From: Eledone cirrhosa
Lineage: Eukaryota
Assembly (NCBI GenBank): GCA_964016885.1
Contig: OZ024743.1
Coordinates: 194,432,001 to 194,496,000 of the forward strand
Direction of reading: 5' to 3'
Length of the DNA: 64,000 bases
Position numbers and translations under genes: made by a program. Positions 1 to 13,812 of the stretch are shown piece after piece. Under the pieces are notes generated by a model. That model worked only from the letters and a program-made list of their open reading frames with translations. It made no database searches and was not told the origin of the DNA. Numbering within the stretch: position 1 is the first letter of the stretch; the number at the start of each line of letters is the position of its first letter.

Positions 1-298
1 TGAGAGAAGCAAGAATGGCCCGAGTGAATGGGCCTACTCTGAGTACGTATATGTAAATTAAAGGTGGAAAACTGGGAGAGGGCACTTGTCCTGGTGGTCA
101 GGGTCACTGTGGTTTTAATGGGCTTTCTCCACAAATGTCCCTCGGAATTCTCCCCCTATTGGGGAATTTTTCATTGTTATTTTTTAATACATGCTCTGTT
201 GTTTTTACATGCAGAAATGCCCATTTGTACCGTCATGTATTGTCCTGTACAGTCCTTAATGTCTACTTTATTTAAACCCTTGTGGTTAATAAAGAAAG

Positions 299-334
<36 letters not shown>
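1..334 (+). mobile_element. 3' end of a Tx1/L1-like LINE (ORF2 tail, 3' UTR, AATAAA, (TTA)n)
   Basis: The 3' UTR motif CCCCCTATTGGGGAATTTTT (~152-171) recurs at ~5285 in the 3' UTR of the downstream element. AATAAA at ~288 is followed by (TTA)n at 301-334. Confidence 0.75.
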
Positions 335-335
<1 letters not shown>

Positions 336-525
336 GGTCTAAGCGGACGTATTTTGCTCGCTCACAGTATGTCGCTTTATTTGTTGTTAAATATTTATTG
401 TTGTGTAAGGAATATAAGCCCTTTGACTTTTCCCCGTGAAGGGGAAAGTATAATATTTGGGCCTTTTGGCCCAAATATTTGAACTTTTTTTTAAATGTTA
501 AAAAATTTGCGAAGGACAAAAAAAC

Positions 526-2500
526 ATGGCTGAGCCACGCCCCCCAGCGATATGTCGGCTGTCGTGCGACAACGACGTAGAAGTTGAGAGGAGCGCTACA
601 GCGAAATTAACACACATTGATAACACAAACACCACCACAAACAAGGTAAACAAAGACACCAATGATACCAATAAGAACTCTAATTTTGAAAAAATGACAG
701 TAACAGCGACAACGAAAATACAGATAACAAAAAAAAAATAACAAATTCAACAACAATATCAACACCACTAACATGAAAACAAATAGCGACAACACCAACA
801 GCAACAATACCGACTGCACCGAGAACAACGGTGGCAACAAAGACAACAATGATAACAGCGACAGTGCTAACAACAACACCAACAAGAACAACGTCAACAA
901 CACCCCCAACGAAAACAAGACTTCTTTCGCTGCGGCAGCAGCAAAAAAGAGGCCATGCTTCAACATGGACCTCTCAAACAAAGATGAAAAGTTGGCCCAG
1001 GCATGGAAGCTCATCAAGCAAGAGCAAACTTGGGCGAACTTAACTGTCTCGGTAGAAGCTATTGAGGCAATGGAGCGTAAAACGGTGCATTATAGATGCA
1101 TCTCAGCACAAACCAAAAGGGCAGCGTTAATCCCACAAGAAGGTGTCGAAGTCGCGCTGAGGTCCATCAGAGAAGACACCCAGTACATAGAGAGGGGCAG
1201 ACAGTACGGCACCATTTCGGTGTTGTTCAAGTCAGAAGCCTTCAAGTCAGAAGCTATGAAACACGCTATCACTCCTTGCAAAACCAGCAAGGTCATAATG
1301 TACCCCTCTCACATGGGAAAAAGAACGGCCCGTCTCCGCATTCCCAGAATCCCACCTGGACTTGACATGTGGTGGCTTCTGGGATGTGTGATTGTGGAGG
1401 GGACGGATACAGTCCCTATAGAAGTGACCAGAACGGCCAGAGAGGACTGGTCCAGGGTTGACCTGGAGATCCTTCTCCAGATCAGGCCCGAAAATGTGAA
1501 GACAATCTCAGACCACATCCGCCTTCAGAATGGGACTGTCATTCACATTATGACCGAAGGCAAAAGGCCGCAGTGTTTTGTTTGTGGGGAAAAAACCCAT
1601 TTGCGAGCCTTCTGCCCTCAACTGCTGAAAGAGGCAAGGGGTCGAAAGGCTCCACTGCTGCCGATGCCGGGGCGAGGACCACAACCAACACCTGCACCGG
1701 CAAAACCACCAACAACAACACCAATAGAAAGACCACCACCAACATTGACCACCCAGGGGGAAAACGAGGAAAGCTGTCAAATTCCCCCCCCCCCCCCCCC
1801 AAAAAAAATACACACACCAATAAAACCTTAAACTTACAGACACAGACCCCTCATCTACCAGTAGTGAAAATGAGGGAAATCCAAAATCCCCCAAAATACA
1901 AAAAAGGAAACACAAAAAGAAAAAAAAAACTCAACAAAGCACAAAAGCACCCACAATAAAAAACGCAGGCCCACCCATGCAAACATCTCTCCAATAAAAC
2001 CAACATCAACACCACCATCACCATCACCAGAATCCCCCAAACGCAAACAACCGAAACAGACGCAAGAACAAATATACACACAGACATCTGAAACCACAGA
2101 CACCGCACTCACAACAAACACAGATACCACCGAAACAACACCACCAAAACCATCACCACCACAGCCAGGCAAACAAATAAAATCACACCAACAAAACATA
2201 CAAAACTTCGTGTTCGTCAGGAGGGCCAACAAGGAACTGATGGCCCTCGTAGCACGAAGTGAAAATATACAAAAAGAGGGGGAAATTTTTAAATCGAGCA
2301 CATTTCGCGTGCCGGAAGATTTGGTTCTGGTGCGAATGTCGCTCGACATATTCAAAGAAATACGAGACAGCTTTCCTCGGGACGTGGGAACCCCGAACGT
2401 AAAACCCACTTCAAGACTTTTAAAGGGGTTCCCAAAAGAAACCCCACTAACTATGGAGGTCGAACAACCCGACCTTCACAAGAGCTCGGATGGTAAGTAA
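526..2500 (+). pseudogene. LINE ORF1 (gag-like) with frameshifts
   Basis: Asn/Thr-rich N-terminus, 'SFAAAAAK' motif and zinc knuckle CFVCGEKTHLRAFC, then a Pro/Thr-rich low-complexity tail. Broken at homopolymer runs. Confidence 0.75.
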
Positions 2501-2531
2501 ACCTTCCTCTCTCTCTGTTTAACCTGCCAAC

Positions 2532-5181
2532 ATGGCCGTATTAAGAGTAGGATGTTTAAATGTTCGAGGCCTGGGATCGTTCTGGAAGCAGGGTCACCTG
2601 CTCAACGACCTCAGGTCTATAGAAATGGATGTAATTGCACTCAGCGAGACCAGGATTTCCGACACGCGCGCACTAGCCCCCATTTTCGACGACTATCAGA
2701 TCTTTGCATCTGTTATCCGGCCGGGAATGGGAGGCGGGGTGGCAGTGCTGTTTAGGAAAGACTGGATCTCGAGGTAAGGTCGATCTTCCGGGACCCGGAT
2801 GGGAAGTTCGTGGTCCTGGACGTGAACAATAATGAAGGTGGTGCCTTAGACTGGTGGCCGTCTATGCTCCTACTGGGGCAGGATGGCCGGACTTCTTTAG
2901 ACACCTGGAAGCCTTTCTGGGTACGTTTCGTCCTTTACTGTTAGCGGGGAACTGGAACGGCATCTTAGACTCACGCTGGGACTCTGTGGGAGTATCCGAT
3001 AGGAGCGGGGGGATGCAAAAGCCTCAAAACCTGATCAGCCAGTTCCAACTGTCTGACAGGTACCGACTAGATTTCCCTAATGCGCCAGTGTGAACCTGGG
3101 CTAACCGCATAGGGCCATCTAGATTGTATATAGGCAGGATATTCATTAGGAAAATAGACAGAAATAGTGTAAGCTGTCCACGTTTTGAAACAGTCCCCTA
3201 TTCAGATCATAAGTTTGTGATCTGTATGGTCGACCTAGATAAGACGCGTAGGTTAGGACCTGGTTACTGGAAGCTAAACATGTCATTTCCGGCACGTAAG
3301 GCTTACAGGGACCAGGTCAACAATTTAGTTAAGAAAAAGTTGACAGGGGGAGTCGTCAACAATAGATGGTGGGGGCTCTCAAAAGAGAGATTAGACTAAT
3401 GTCGATAGAGTTTAGAAATAAGTAGCATTAGAGAAAAATAGAAAGGAGGGGGAGTTGGTAGATAAGTTAGACGAGGCTATTGGTAGTGGCATTGCAACTG
3501 ATGTGCTAGCGGCGAGAATGGCATTATACCATTTCTTCAATGCGAAACACGAAGGTTGCATTGTCAGAGCTAAGGCGCGTGCTCTGAGAAACGAGGGAAC
3601 CAAAGCTGTTCGATGGGCCCGCGTGGCAGAGGCGCAGCGTGGTAATAAAACCACGACTCGGTCTTTGACGGACCGAGACGGGCACGAGCTGAGCGATTCC
3701 AAGAGGATGTGTGAGGCCTTTAGCCAACATTTTGCTCGGTTGTTCGGGGGAAGTGGCGGGTCAGAGATGGTGGCGGACTTCAGTCCCTACCTCGATGGCT
3801 TGCCGCAACTCTTGACGGCTGACGCTGGGCGCTGCGAAAGGCCAAATACTTCAGCCGAGATTCAGGATGCCCTTGTAGGCTGCATGAGGCGCAAGTAACC
3901 TGGTTTGGATGGTCTGCCCTACTAGCTTTACGTAAATATTCCAGACTTGTTCTCCAATCTCCTCGAAGCCCTCTACTACAACTGGCAGCAAAACGGGAGT
4001 ATTCCCAGTTCTGTGAGCCGGGGCGTAGTGACGCTGATAAGGAAAGACGAGAACAAGAGGGACACATTAGACAATTTCAGGCCCATAACTCTGCTCAACA
4101 CAGAGTTTAAGATTTTGGCCAGGGTGTTAGCGAAGAGGTTGGCGCTTGTCGTCGGGGATTTGATTGGGGAGGCGCAAACTTGCGCAATCCCAGCAGGTCC
4201 ATATACGACAACCTCCACCTCATGCGATACATCATAGAGAGGGCAGGGTGTAAAGCTGGCTTCGGTGGGGCTCTGATCAATTTAGATCAATCGTAAGCAT
4301 TCGATAGGGTCGACCATCGGTACCTGGAGGCTGTCCTCAAGGCCGCTGGCTTCGGCCCCGTCTTCAGAAGCTGGATCGCTGCCATGCACAGCAGCACCTG
4401 TTCGATGGTCAAAATTAATGGCCACCTCTCAGAACCGCTTCAGGTCTCCCGATCGGTCCGTCAAGGGTGCCCCCCTCTCCTCCCTTCTGTACGTATTGAC
4501 TCTCGAACTTTACTGCGGAAGCTGTAGCTGTTGCAGGTAATCCCGCTCGAACCGGGACGCGGAAAGGCTGTGTCGGCTTATGCGGACGACATCACCGTGA
4601 TGGTGTCGGACACCTCAGAAATCGAGGTGGTCGGCAACTTATTGGAGGAATATGAAAGGTTGACGGGAGCAAAACTTAACCCGGAAAAGTCAGTAGGCTT
4701 GCAACTCGGCACCTGGAGAGGCAAGTCGATGCCGTCCAAGAGAGTCGTTAGGCGCTGGACGGACGGACCGGTAAAGTTGCTAGGGGTTTGGTTCAGGCCA
4801 GACCTCCAGGTGGATAAGAATTGGGACGAGGTGACGCGCAGGTTAATCAGTCTCACCCAGAAATGGGCTTGGATGAAGGTATTACTGAAAGGTCGGGGGA
4901 AGGTGGCGAACGCGTACATCGCGTCCGTCATCTACTACCGTCTGACTGTCGTCCCTTGCCCCCGTTCGCGCATCGCCATCTTGGAGCGGCTCCTCTTCAC
5001 ATTCTTGTGGAGGGGTCAGGTTCTGCTGGTGAGGCAGTCCATCTGCTGCCAGCACCCTCTACGTGGAGGGCTGGGCATGCCGTGGCTAATGATGCGCAGG
5101 CACGCGCTGAGTCTGCAGCATCTCCAGATATTCTGCCTAAACGGTGAACAGGTGTGGTCGCCGTTTGTCATGCGGCTGTAG
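2532..5181 (+). pseudogene. LINE ORF2 (APE endonuclease + reverse transcriptase), disrupted, with the C-terminus apparently deleted
   Basis: Motifs seen across frames: GCLNVRGL, IALSET, AVYAP, LAGNWN, YSDH, GYWKLN, NFRPITLLN, VRQGCP, SAYADDITV. Multiple stops and frameshifts. Confidence 0.92.
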
Positions 5182-5455
5182 GTAGGTAAATTTGAAGAGG
5201 AGAGGGGTGCTCTTCCAGGGTGCTCTCGAAGCGTCGGGTCGTTCAAGACTGGTGGGGTACCTGAGCGAACCCTAGGTGGTCATTCCCCCTATTGGGGAAT
5301 TTTTTCTTGTTGTAATTTTATTGTTACTTTATTGTTACTTTGTTATTGTTACTTTGTTTATTCATATTGTTTACTCGATTTTTTCTGTAAAACCCCACTG
5401 TCCCAGTCTTTTGTATTGTCCCCTATATGTCGGCCCTCGTGGCCAATAAATGAAA

Positions 5456-5498
<43 letters not shown>

Positions 5499-5499
<1 letters not shown>

Positions 5500-6420
5500 G
5501 TTCTTTGAGTCTCAGCCATTGATGTTATTTAACTGGAAAGTTTGTTGAAATGAATATGAAGCCGCTACCTGCAGCCTAAGATATTCAGGACGTATCGGAA
5601 TGTTCTTGCTGTTCCCAGCAAGCATGCCTTTTGAAGTGTTCTAAAAAGCGGGGCTGGACTAATCTTCTTTAACAATCCTTGGAAGATCTTTGGGATAGTA
5701 CCTAGTGGGCCTATGACAATCGTACGACCTTGATTTTATGGCAGTTCCAAATCCTTTTTAACTCCCACTTTAAATCCTGGTATCGGTTAATTTTCTCCCT
5801 CTCCTTTTCTTGCACTCTCGTGTCATATGGGCAGGCTATATCTACAATCAGGCACGACCTTTTTTCCTTATCCAAAACCACCAGATCAGGTCTATTGTGT
5901 TCTAATTTTTTGTCCGTCTGTAACCTAAAATCCCATAGCACCTTCACCTGATCGTTTTCTCTCAACGACTCTGTCTTATGCTCATACCACTTCTCCGAAT
6001 GTGGTAAATTGTTTACTTTGCATAGATGCCAGTGGATCACCCTGCCGATCACATCAGGTCTCCAGCCTTTATAGTGAGTCTGGGCTAGGTGTTTACACTC
6101 AGATACAATGTGAGCCACAGTCTCCTCTCTCTCCACAGATCCTACACAGTGAGCTAGCCTCCTCCTTGTCAATATGGTGTTTCACCCACTTCGTTCTGAG
6201 GGCTTGCTCTTGCGCAGCCATTAGCATTCCTTCTGTAGCCTTTTTAAGGTCTCCTCTATTTAACCAGTTCCATGTCTGTGGATCTCTAAATTCCGTTTTC
6301 TTAAAGAAGGTACTATGAAGGAATTTTTCATGAAGGCTGCTCTTCCTCCTTGTTATTTACACCTTGGACATTCCTTGGTCTATTGTTTTCTCCTTCAGTA
6401 CAATTTTGAGCATTGGCTCG
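5499..6420 (-). mobile_element. 5'-truncated R4/Dong-clade non-LTR retrotransposon (CCHC + restriction-like endonuclease)
   Basis: Minus strand reads AAQEQALRT...CRICG..ETVAHIVSEC...VLWDF...HNRPDLVV...IVDIACP...EKINRYQDL...LQKACLLGT, and ends in (TAA)n. Confidence 0.9.
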
Positions 6421-6424
6421 CTTA

Positions 6425-6605
6425 TTGTCAGTATCGGTAGAGAGTCGGACACCATGCTTTGAAGCATAGAGCTACGTCCCTTTATGATCTGAGTTCAAAT
6501 CCCGCCGAGGTTAACTTTGCCTTTCATCCTTACGAGGTCGATAAAATAAAGTACCAGTGATGTACAGGGTAATTGGTGGCCTTTATTCCAAAATAGAAAC
6601 AATTA
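6425..6605 (+). mobile_element. tRNA-derived SINE
   Basis: A-box-like GTATCGGTAGAG, B box GAGTTCAAATCC, and core GCCTTTCATCCTTACGAGGTCGATAAAATAAAGTACCAG shared by many copies in the window. Confidence 0.85.
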
Positions 6606-6628
6606 TTATTATTATTATTATAATAAAC

Positions 6629-6660
<32 letters not shown>

Positions 6661-7565
6661 GCGTATATTTATTTTGGAGACACCCTGTATATATATAACA
6701 CAGGTATTGTTGTAAGGAACCAGATGGACCATAACGCACCAGATTACTCAATACTTAGTGTAGTAGAGTGGGAAATATGAAAAAGTATGACTTTAATCGG
6801 AAGGCAAAAGCTCTTCAAGGCTGAAGCGATTTCTGACCCCGAAAAGGAAGTTTTTACACGGTATCAGAAAAGCTCATTAAAATTTGCTTCGCTTAATATA
6901 TGTAACGAGTGTGAGAGGATTAATTGCGGATTGTTGATGGGTAGGAAAAGTGCACAATGTTTATTTGACACGAATAGTATTTGTCAATTTGTATTGTTGA
7001 AGGAAATCCATAATTCAGCTTCCATTAAAAGATATTTTAAGATTTCGTCTTCATTGACGTAATAGAAGTGTATAAGTTACATAAAGCCAAGGACAGTGAA
7101 GACAAACAACATCTGAATGAGAGTATATGTGTGTTCAGAAGTAACAGCACGAAGATCATAAATGTAATTAAGGGAAATATTGGATAAACATAATCAAATT
7201 TAAATGAACACTGCTCTTGATAAGATTTGAGAACTAGAAAGACACATCAACGTGAAGGACAATGAAATGTGTTGAGATGAAACTTTTGATCTCCCGAATG
7301 TAAGACATTGTTTAAAGGCTTTTGATACTAAGAGCACTATCATAGACGTTGAAGCATGTTATGCGTTACATAAGCATGGAATGTGTTAGATGAGAAATGA
7401 AATTGACTCAACAAAAACCATTCAAATAGCTGTAGATGATCAGAAACGAAGGAAGGTGATAAAAGAGGTAGATAATTGGTTACGTCTGTTACCTTTTGAG
7501 ATACCGATAGTAATGAATATAGTACAGTGCTTGTCAGGAAGATAGATTTTGGTCAGTAGTCGGCA

Positions 7566-7669
<104 letters not shown>

Positions 7670-8506
7670 TTGCACAGCAGACGGCGATGAGGCGGTAGAG
7701 ATAGAATTATCTGTTCGTTTTATGCAACCGTTTTTCTGCCTCCAATTTTGAGCTGACATTCTCTCTTTCTCAATTGTATGGCACATTTGCGAGCAAGACT
7801 GTGTGACACCCATGGTGAACCACCCAAGCGCTCTCCCATGCTACTGGTAGGGAAATATTTTTTATTAATTCCTCTCAATGAATTACTAGTAGCTATTTTG
7901 CCAATTCCTACAAGTAAAAATTTCAGCCGACGTCAGCAAAACTCACAATGTAGCAGTATGACATTTAGATTCAAAATATATTGCTTCGGGTAATTATTTA
8001 TCGTTAGTAATATTCACACATCTATTTAGAGGAAAAATGTGTAAACTGTATAATAATATACATGAGTGTGGTGTGTTATAGAAATTCAACGCACTCATTT
8101 ACAAACTTATATAGAAATATATGAATATAAGTGTAAGAGTTATTCGCCTATAAACCCGAGGCAATATCTAAAATGTAATACATATGTGCACATATGTACA
8201 TCCGATTCTCATTTAGAACTGCTTTCATTTGTAACGCTAATGCCCCTGAGAAAGATAGAAATGTCAAAAATTTCCTGCACCTTAGAGCTTATAAATATGA
8301 AGCATCGTGCTTCATGGAGCATCATGCCTATTTACAAACACGCCTCTTTGTGAGAACATGTAAGATAACACACCACCACTTCAGCAGAAGTTGTAATGTG
8401 AAACTTCACAAACAGGAAGATATTGAAATACAACAGTATCTTAAACACCATTATAGTTCATGCGTGCATACATACAGACATTTATATATACATACACATG
8501 TACTAC

Positions 8507-8622
<116 letters not shown>

Positions 8623-9524
8623 ATAGAATATAGTTCTCCTGACTTATGTAGAATAAATGAAAACCATAATTATGTACATTTACAGTATATTGAGATACAT
8701 AGTTTTAAACACAAAAACATACGCATATACATCCACACACACAACACACACAACACACACACATTACTATATTTATGCATTCTCATATTTCCTAAATTTC
8801 CTTCGTTTATTAAAGATATGTATGTTCATAATATATTTTCACGTAGTAATGTACTAAACGTTCGATGAAAATGGAGGTTACTGTGGGGTTTCGATTCCAG
8901 GTCAAGTTATTTCACTTAACTCGCTCCTCAAACCTTTCTCAACCAAAACACCTTTAGACCATTCCATTTTTTCCAACACAAGCGGGCCACAGGACTCAAT
9001 ATTCTGGTATTACAGGGTCAGATTACAGCCTTCTGAGACACTAAAAATATATGATGTCCTCCATATATTATAGTCTGAATAAACAATACTTTTGAATCAC
9101 AAATTCATCTAATTTAAATAAAAAGAGGCTTCCCTTCCCATGATACTTTAAGCATGGCCTTATTTTCCTTAAGGGTTAATCTGGCTCTAATTGGAACATG
9201 ATATTTCTGGACACGTACAGCCAAAATAAAGCCGCAGTCTAGGTTTTAATTAGTCCCACTATATGCTAGAAATAGCAATCATGTTACATGTAACAGTCAT
9301 GACCAAAACAAGACACACAGCATAGAGTGCTTGTAAACATACTATCTTTGAACGTATGACGTGATGATTATGGCTGTAACGCCGCTGATTATACTTATTG
9401 TACACCAATGACCAGTTAGCTAAACAACAGCAACAATAACCATAATAATGGGGGATAGATAGTAGAAATAACCTGTAATGAATATATCAATAAACCCTGA
9501 TAAAAATATGGCAATTTTAGGGTG

Positions 9525-9910
9525 GTTGATTGGCAGAGTTGGTGAAATGACAGATAAAATGTCGTTTTGGTATTTGTTCTGGCTCTTTGAATTCTGAGTT
9601 CAAATCCATGGAAGGTCAACTGTGTCTTGCATCCTAGCAGGTTGAATAAAATGAAGTACCTGTCAGGAATAGGGGTTGATTTAATCAACTATGTAATTCA
9701 CCCGACATGTTCTGGCCTAGTGCCTGAATTGAAAATTATAAATAAAGGTTAATGAGGGTGGTGGTTTTGCATAATTGGTAGAGCCTCGGATGAAATGCTA
9801 TTTGTTCTGATTCATAATATTCTGCGTTCAAATCCAGACCAGCTGATCTTTGCCTTCTATCATTCAGAGGCCGTTAAATTACATTTGCCGGCCTTTTGCC
9901 TAAATTAGGA
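9525..9910 (+). mobile_element. Two diverged tandem tRNA-SINE copies
   Basis: B boxes GAGTTCAAATCC (~9596) and GCGTTCAAATCC (~9824), each followed by a degenerate core. Confidence 0.65.
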
Positions 9911-10284
9911 ATTAATAAAGAGCAATCTTATTGTTGCATCAATAACTAAACTGAAATATCTTTATTTCAAAGAACATGTTCATAATAACCTCCTGTTGGT
10001 ATAATAGCGCAGTAGGTGCCGATAGGTTAAATTAATTTGCCTTTATTTTTTTTAATTTAATTTGATTTTTAAAATATCAACTAAACATTACCTGCAATTA
10101 TTGCGTTATAATTGAGTTGCCGTTTATCACCTGTACTGCAGCAACCACCAGACGCTATGCTCGTAGCGAGATAGAATCAATGTACGTAGTCACACAGCTT
10201 AGACAAATAGCATCTAGACTTCTTCCAAAACACATGTAGCCGTCTTATGAAGAACATACAGATTGTAAAAGGTCTACAAGAGTA

Positions 10285-10470
10285 TAATTGTTTCTACTTT
10301 TGGCACAAGGCAAGCAATTATCCCAGTGCTTTACTGGTGCTTTATTTAATCAACCCCATAAGGATGAAGGCAAAGTTAACCTCGGCGGGATTTGAACGAA
10401 GATCATAAAGGGCCGTAACTCTTTGCTTGCAAAGCATGGCTTCAGACCCTCTCCACTGATTCTGCCATTC
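10285..10470 (-). mobile_element. tRNA-derived SINE
   Basis: Reverse complement of the SINE core (AAGGATGAAGGCAAAGTTAACCTCGGCGGGATTTGAAC). Confidence 0.8.
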
Positions 10471-10918
10471 AATATATTACAGAATGTACCCGCCTAGAAA
10501 ACCTTGGGACCATAGGTATGTTGTACCAGAAGAGCTTAAAATAAAAGGTGAGATCATAATCACCGGATTGTCATTCGTAACAGTAAGAGGAATTGTTGAC
10601 AGACAACAACAAACAAGCAATCTCACCAAACACACACATACACGCATATAAACCATACATATATTCTCTCTCTTACACATACACATATAAATACACACAT
10701 ATACTCACACACATACTTATATTTATATGTATATGTATATTTATGCATATTTATTCATACACTCACACATATATGTATGTTTATACACACACACACATGC
10801 AGATACATACGCACAAACACACATACACACACATATATATATATGTAGGTGGGTATATATGTACTCATATATATATGAGCGACATATTGAGAGAGTGAGA
10901 GACAGAGAGGGAGGGACA

Positions 10919-10974
<56 letters not shown>

Positions 10975-11197
10975 GAGAGTGATCGTGTGGGTGAGAGAGA
11001 AAGAGAGAAATAGAAATGGAGATATGTAAAGCAACTGTAGTTTGATTGTCAATTTACTAAACAGTAGAAACAATATTTCTTTTAAATAAGACAACATTTT
11101 AAAAGGAAATGAAAACAAACAAAAAAGGGTGTAAAATGGTTGGTAAAACTACTTTGATACATAAGTGGGGAAGATAGTCGATATGTATCTATTCATT

Positions 11198-11385
11198 CGG
11201 TGGCTTGGCAGTATCGGTAGAGGGTCGGACGCCATGCTTTGTCGCATAGAGTTACGGCCCTTGCCATTCTGAGTTCAACCATTCCGAGGTTAACTTTGTC
11301 TTTCATCCTTACGGGGTCGATAAAATAAAGTACCAGTAATGCACTGAGTAATTGCTGGCCTTGTGCCAAAAGTATAAACAATTAT
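11198..11385 (+). mobile_element. tRNA-derived SINE
   Basis: TGGCAGTATCGGTAGAG A box, GAGTTCAAC B box and the conserved core. Confidence 0.85.
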
Positions 11386-11453
11386 TATATTTTAGGGCAA
11401 TGTGAATACAGTTTTACATATATTTTAAAGCAAACATACACACACACACACAG

Positions 11454-11512
<59 letters not shown>

Positions 11513-11696
11513 TATATACATACATATATATATATATACATATATATATACATATATACATATATGTATATATATATATATATATACATATATACATACA
11601 TATATATATATACATATATACATACATATATATATACATATATATATATACATATATATATACATACATACATATATACATATATACATATATATA

Positions 11697-12319
11697 TGGT
11701 GGCTGCCAACTCGTTTTCGAGTACGGCCACTACTTTATATCCATGTAGGAGAACCCCTACCGAAGCGCTGAACGAGTGTGAGTTTTTAGTCCAGCCAGCG
11801 ACTTGAAAACTCTGGTACAAACACTACACTTGTGACAACCATTGACACATAGTGCTGGGCCCATAGTACGATGTGACGACAAGTGCAGAGAGATCTCCAG
11901 ATATAAAGCAATGCCTGTGAGGTGACGCTTTTATAATGAGCAAAGGCACTGCACAAAGCCAGTCCCACTCTCTTAACCAAGATGATATTTACCAAAAAGA
12001 AGAACAAGTCAACATCATTTGATACCATCAGGGTTGCAGGTGTTATATCAGAGTTTTCCTTCTCCTAGAATTCTGCCTTGACAAAGGCTAAGGGGTCATC
12101 TCTCCCTGTGATTTTGGATGGCCATTGACTCTTAAGAGCTCCTTTGCCCTTTGACAGGTCTTGTTTTTAGTCCTGCAGGATGTCCAAAGTCACCCTCCTC
12201 ACCAAGAAACCTTGGTGGGGTTGCCAGTTTAGTCGCCAATGACCCGACCATGAGACAGGTTGTACTGGGATACATTTTACCAGTAGCACCAACTGGTGAC
12301 CTACTGGTGACCTGACATA
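11697..12319. mobile_element. ~620-bp non-coding interspersed repeat inserted in (TA)n, copy 1
   Basis: Highly similar to 31192-31807, with the same boundaries. Both copies are flanked by TA microsatellite. Confidence 0.85.
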
Positions 12320-12388
12320 ATATACATATATATATACATATATATATATACATACATACATTTATACATATATATATACATATATACA

Positions 12389-12438
<50 letters not shown>

Positions 12439-12456
12439 CATATATATATACATATT

Positions 12457-12532
<76 letters not shown>

Positions 12533-12719
12533 GATAAATCTACCAAAAGTTTACGGTAGTGTCCAATCCGTATGAAGAACTCAATGTAATCCGGATATCA
12601 TGAAAAGAGAAGATGCATTCAAAAACTACTTTCGGTGAAAAATAAACGGAAAACAGAGTCAAGATAAATCAATAAAATAATGAATGAACCAAGAAACAGT
12701 TCCTTATATAAAAAAAAAT

Positions 12720-12861
12720 TCATCATTTTACGATCGTTTCTAGGTTATATATGTGTTAGAGTTGGTATGCATATTCTATAGATCTATGTACAATATTTAT
12801 ACAAACTATCAGAGGGAATATACATACCTACACATATATATGCTGTCTTCAGAAATAATGA
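12720..12861 (-). ncRNA. Type I hammerhead ribozyme in the inverted pLTR
   Basis: Mirror copy of 16247-16388. Confidence 0.75.
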
Positions 12862-13589
12862 TATTTGTTTATTGAAAAAACAAAGATTCAATACAATAGG
12901 TCTGTTTGGGAACAGCTTTTGAATTGACCAATAGAGAGATAGTGAGGGTCAAGGTAGTAATATAGTAGTAGAAGAACCTTAAATTATGGGTAGAGGAAGG
13001 TAGATTTCAGTTTTGGATGGAAAAGAATATTATGAATGAAGGATTATTTTAGGGAAGAAATACGTCTTATGCTGACCTCAGAAATAATTTTATTTGTTCA
13101 TTGAATAAAACCAACAAAGATCTAATATATTCTGTCTGTTTGGTAAGAGGGTTAGAATTAACCAATAGAAAGTTAATAATTGGCCAAATGGTAAAATAGT
13201 AGTAATTGAAGCTTATTTTAGGGGTGAAAATAGGTCAGGTGGTCAGTAAAAGGTATACAAGCAGTTGCAGTTATAAACTAGTAATGCCAATACAAATATC
13301 TAAGGAGACTAAAGTTTTACGATAAGAATGTTAGTGAAAAAAATACATCTATGAAAAGAATATAAATTAATTTAATTGATGGGTATATTTATATTGATAA
13401 AGTTATACTAATACATATAGATATGATAAATAAGAGTTAGATGCAGTTGAAAAGTGCTGTTAAAGATGAGGGGAAATTAAAAGAATATAAAAATAATATA
13501 TATATATACTTATATATATATATATATACACATATATATACACATACACACACACATATACACACATATATATACACATAGATATACAC

Positions 13590-13652
<63 letters not shown>

Positions 13653-13812
13653 CATGCATATATACATATATACATACATACATACATATATATATATACA
13701 CACATACACACTTACATATACATATAATTATTGGGGGGGGGGGGGAATAAATTTATTAGTGAGAAATAATAAATATATATAGTTTTCAAGGAACATAGAG
13801 TCATAACCTGAA

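Larger units (their letters stand above)
335..5498 (+). mobile_element. Decayed near-full-length Tx1-group (L1 clade) non-LTR retrotransposon
   Basis: ORF1 has a CCHC knuckle and ORF2 has APE endonuclease and RT motifs. The 3' UTR has AATAAA (~5445), and (ATT)n flanks both ends. Confidence 0.9.

Noticed and set aside
607-2409. Hydrophobic antisense ORFs over LINE ORF1
   Set aside because: They are shadow frames of A/C-rich low-complexity ORF1 sequence.
6425-6605. tRNA genes suggested by A/B boxes
   Set aside because: They are SINE heads with extended A-B spacing, no cloverleaf, and are followed by the SINE core.
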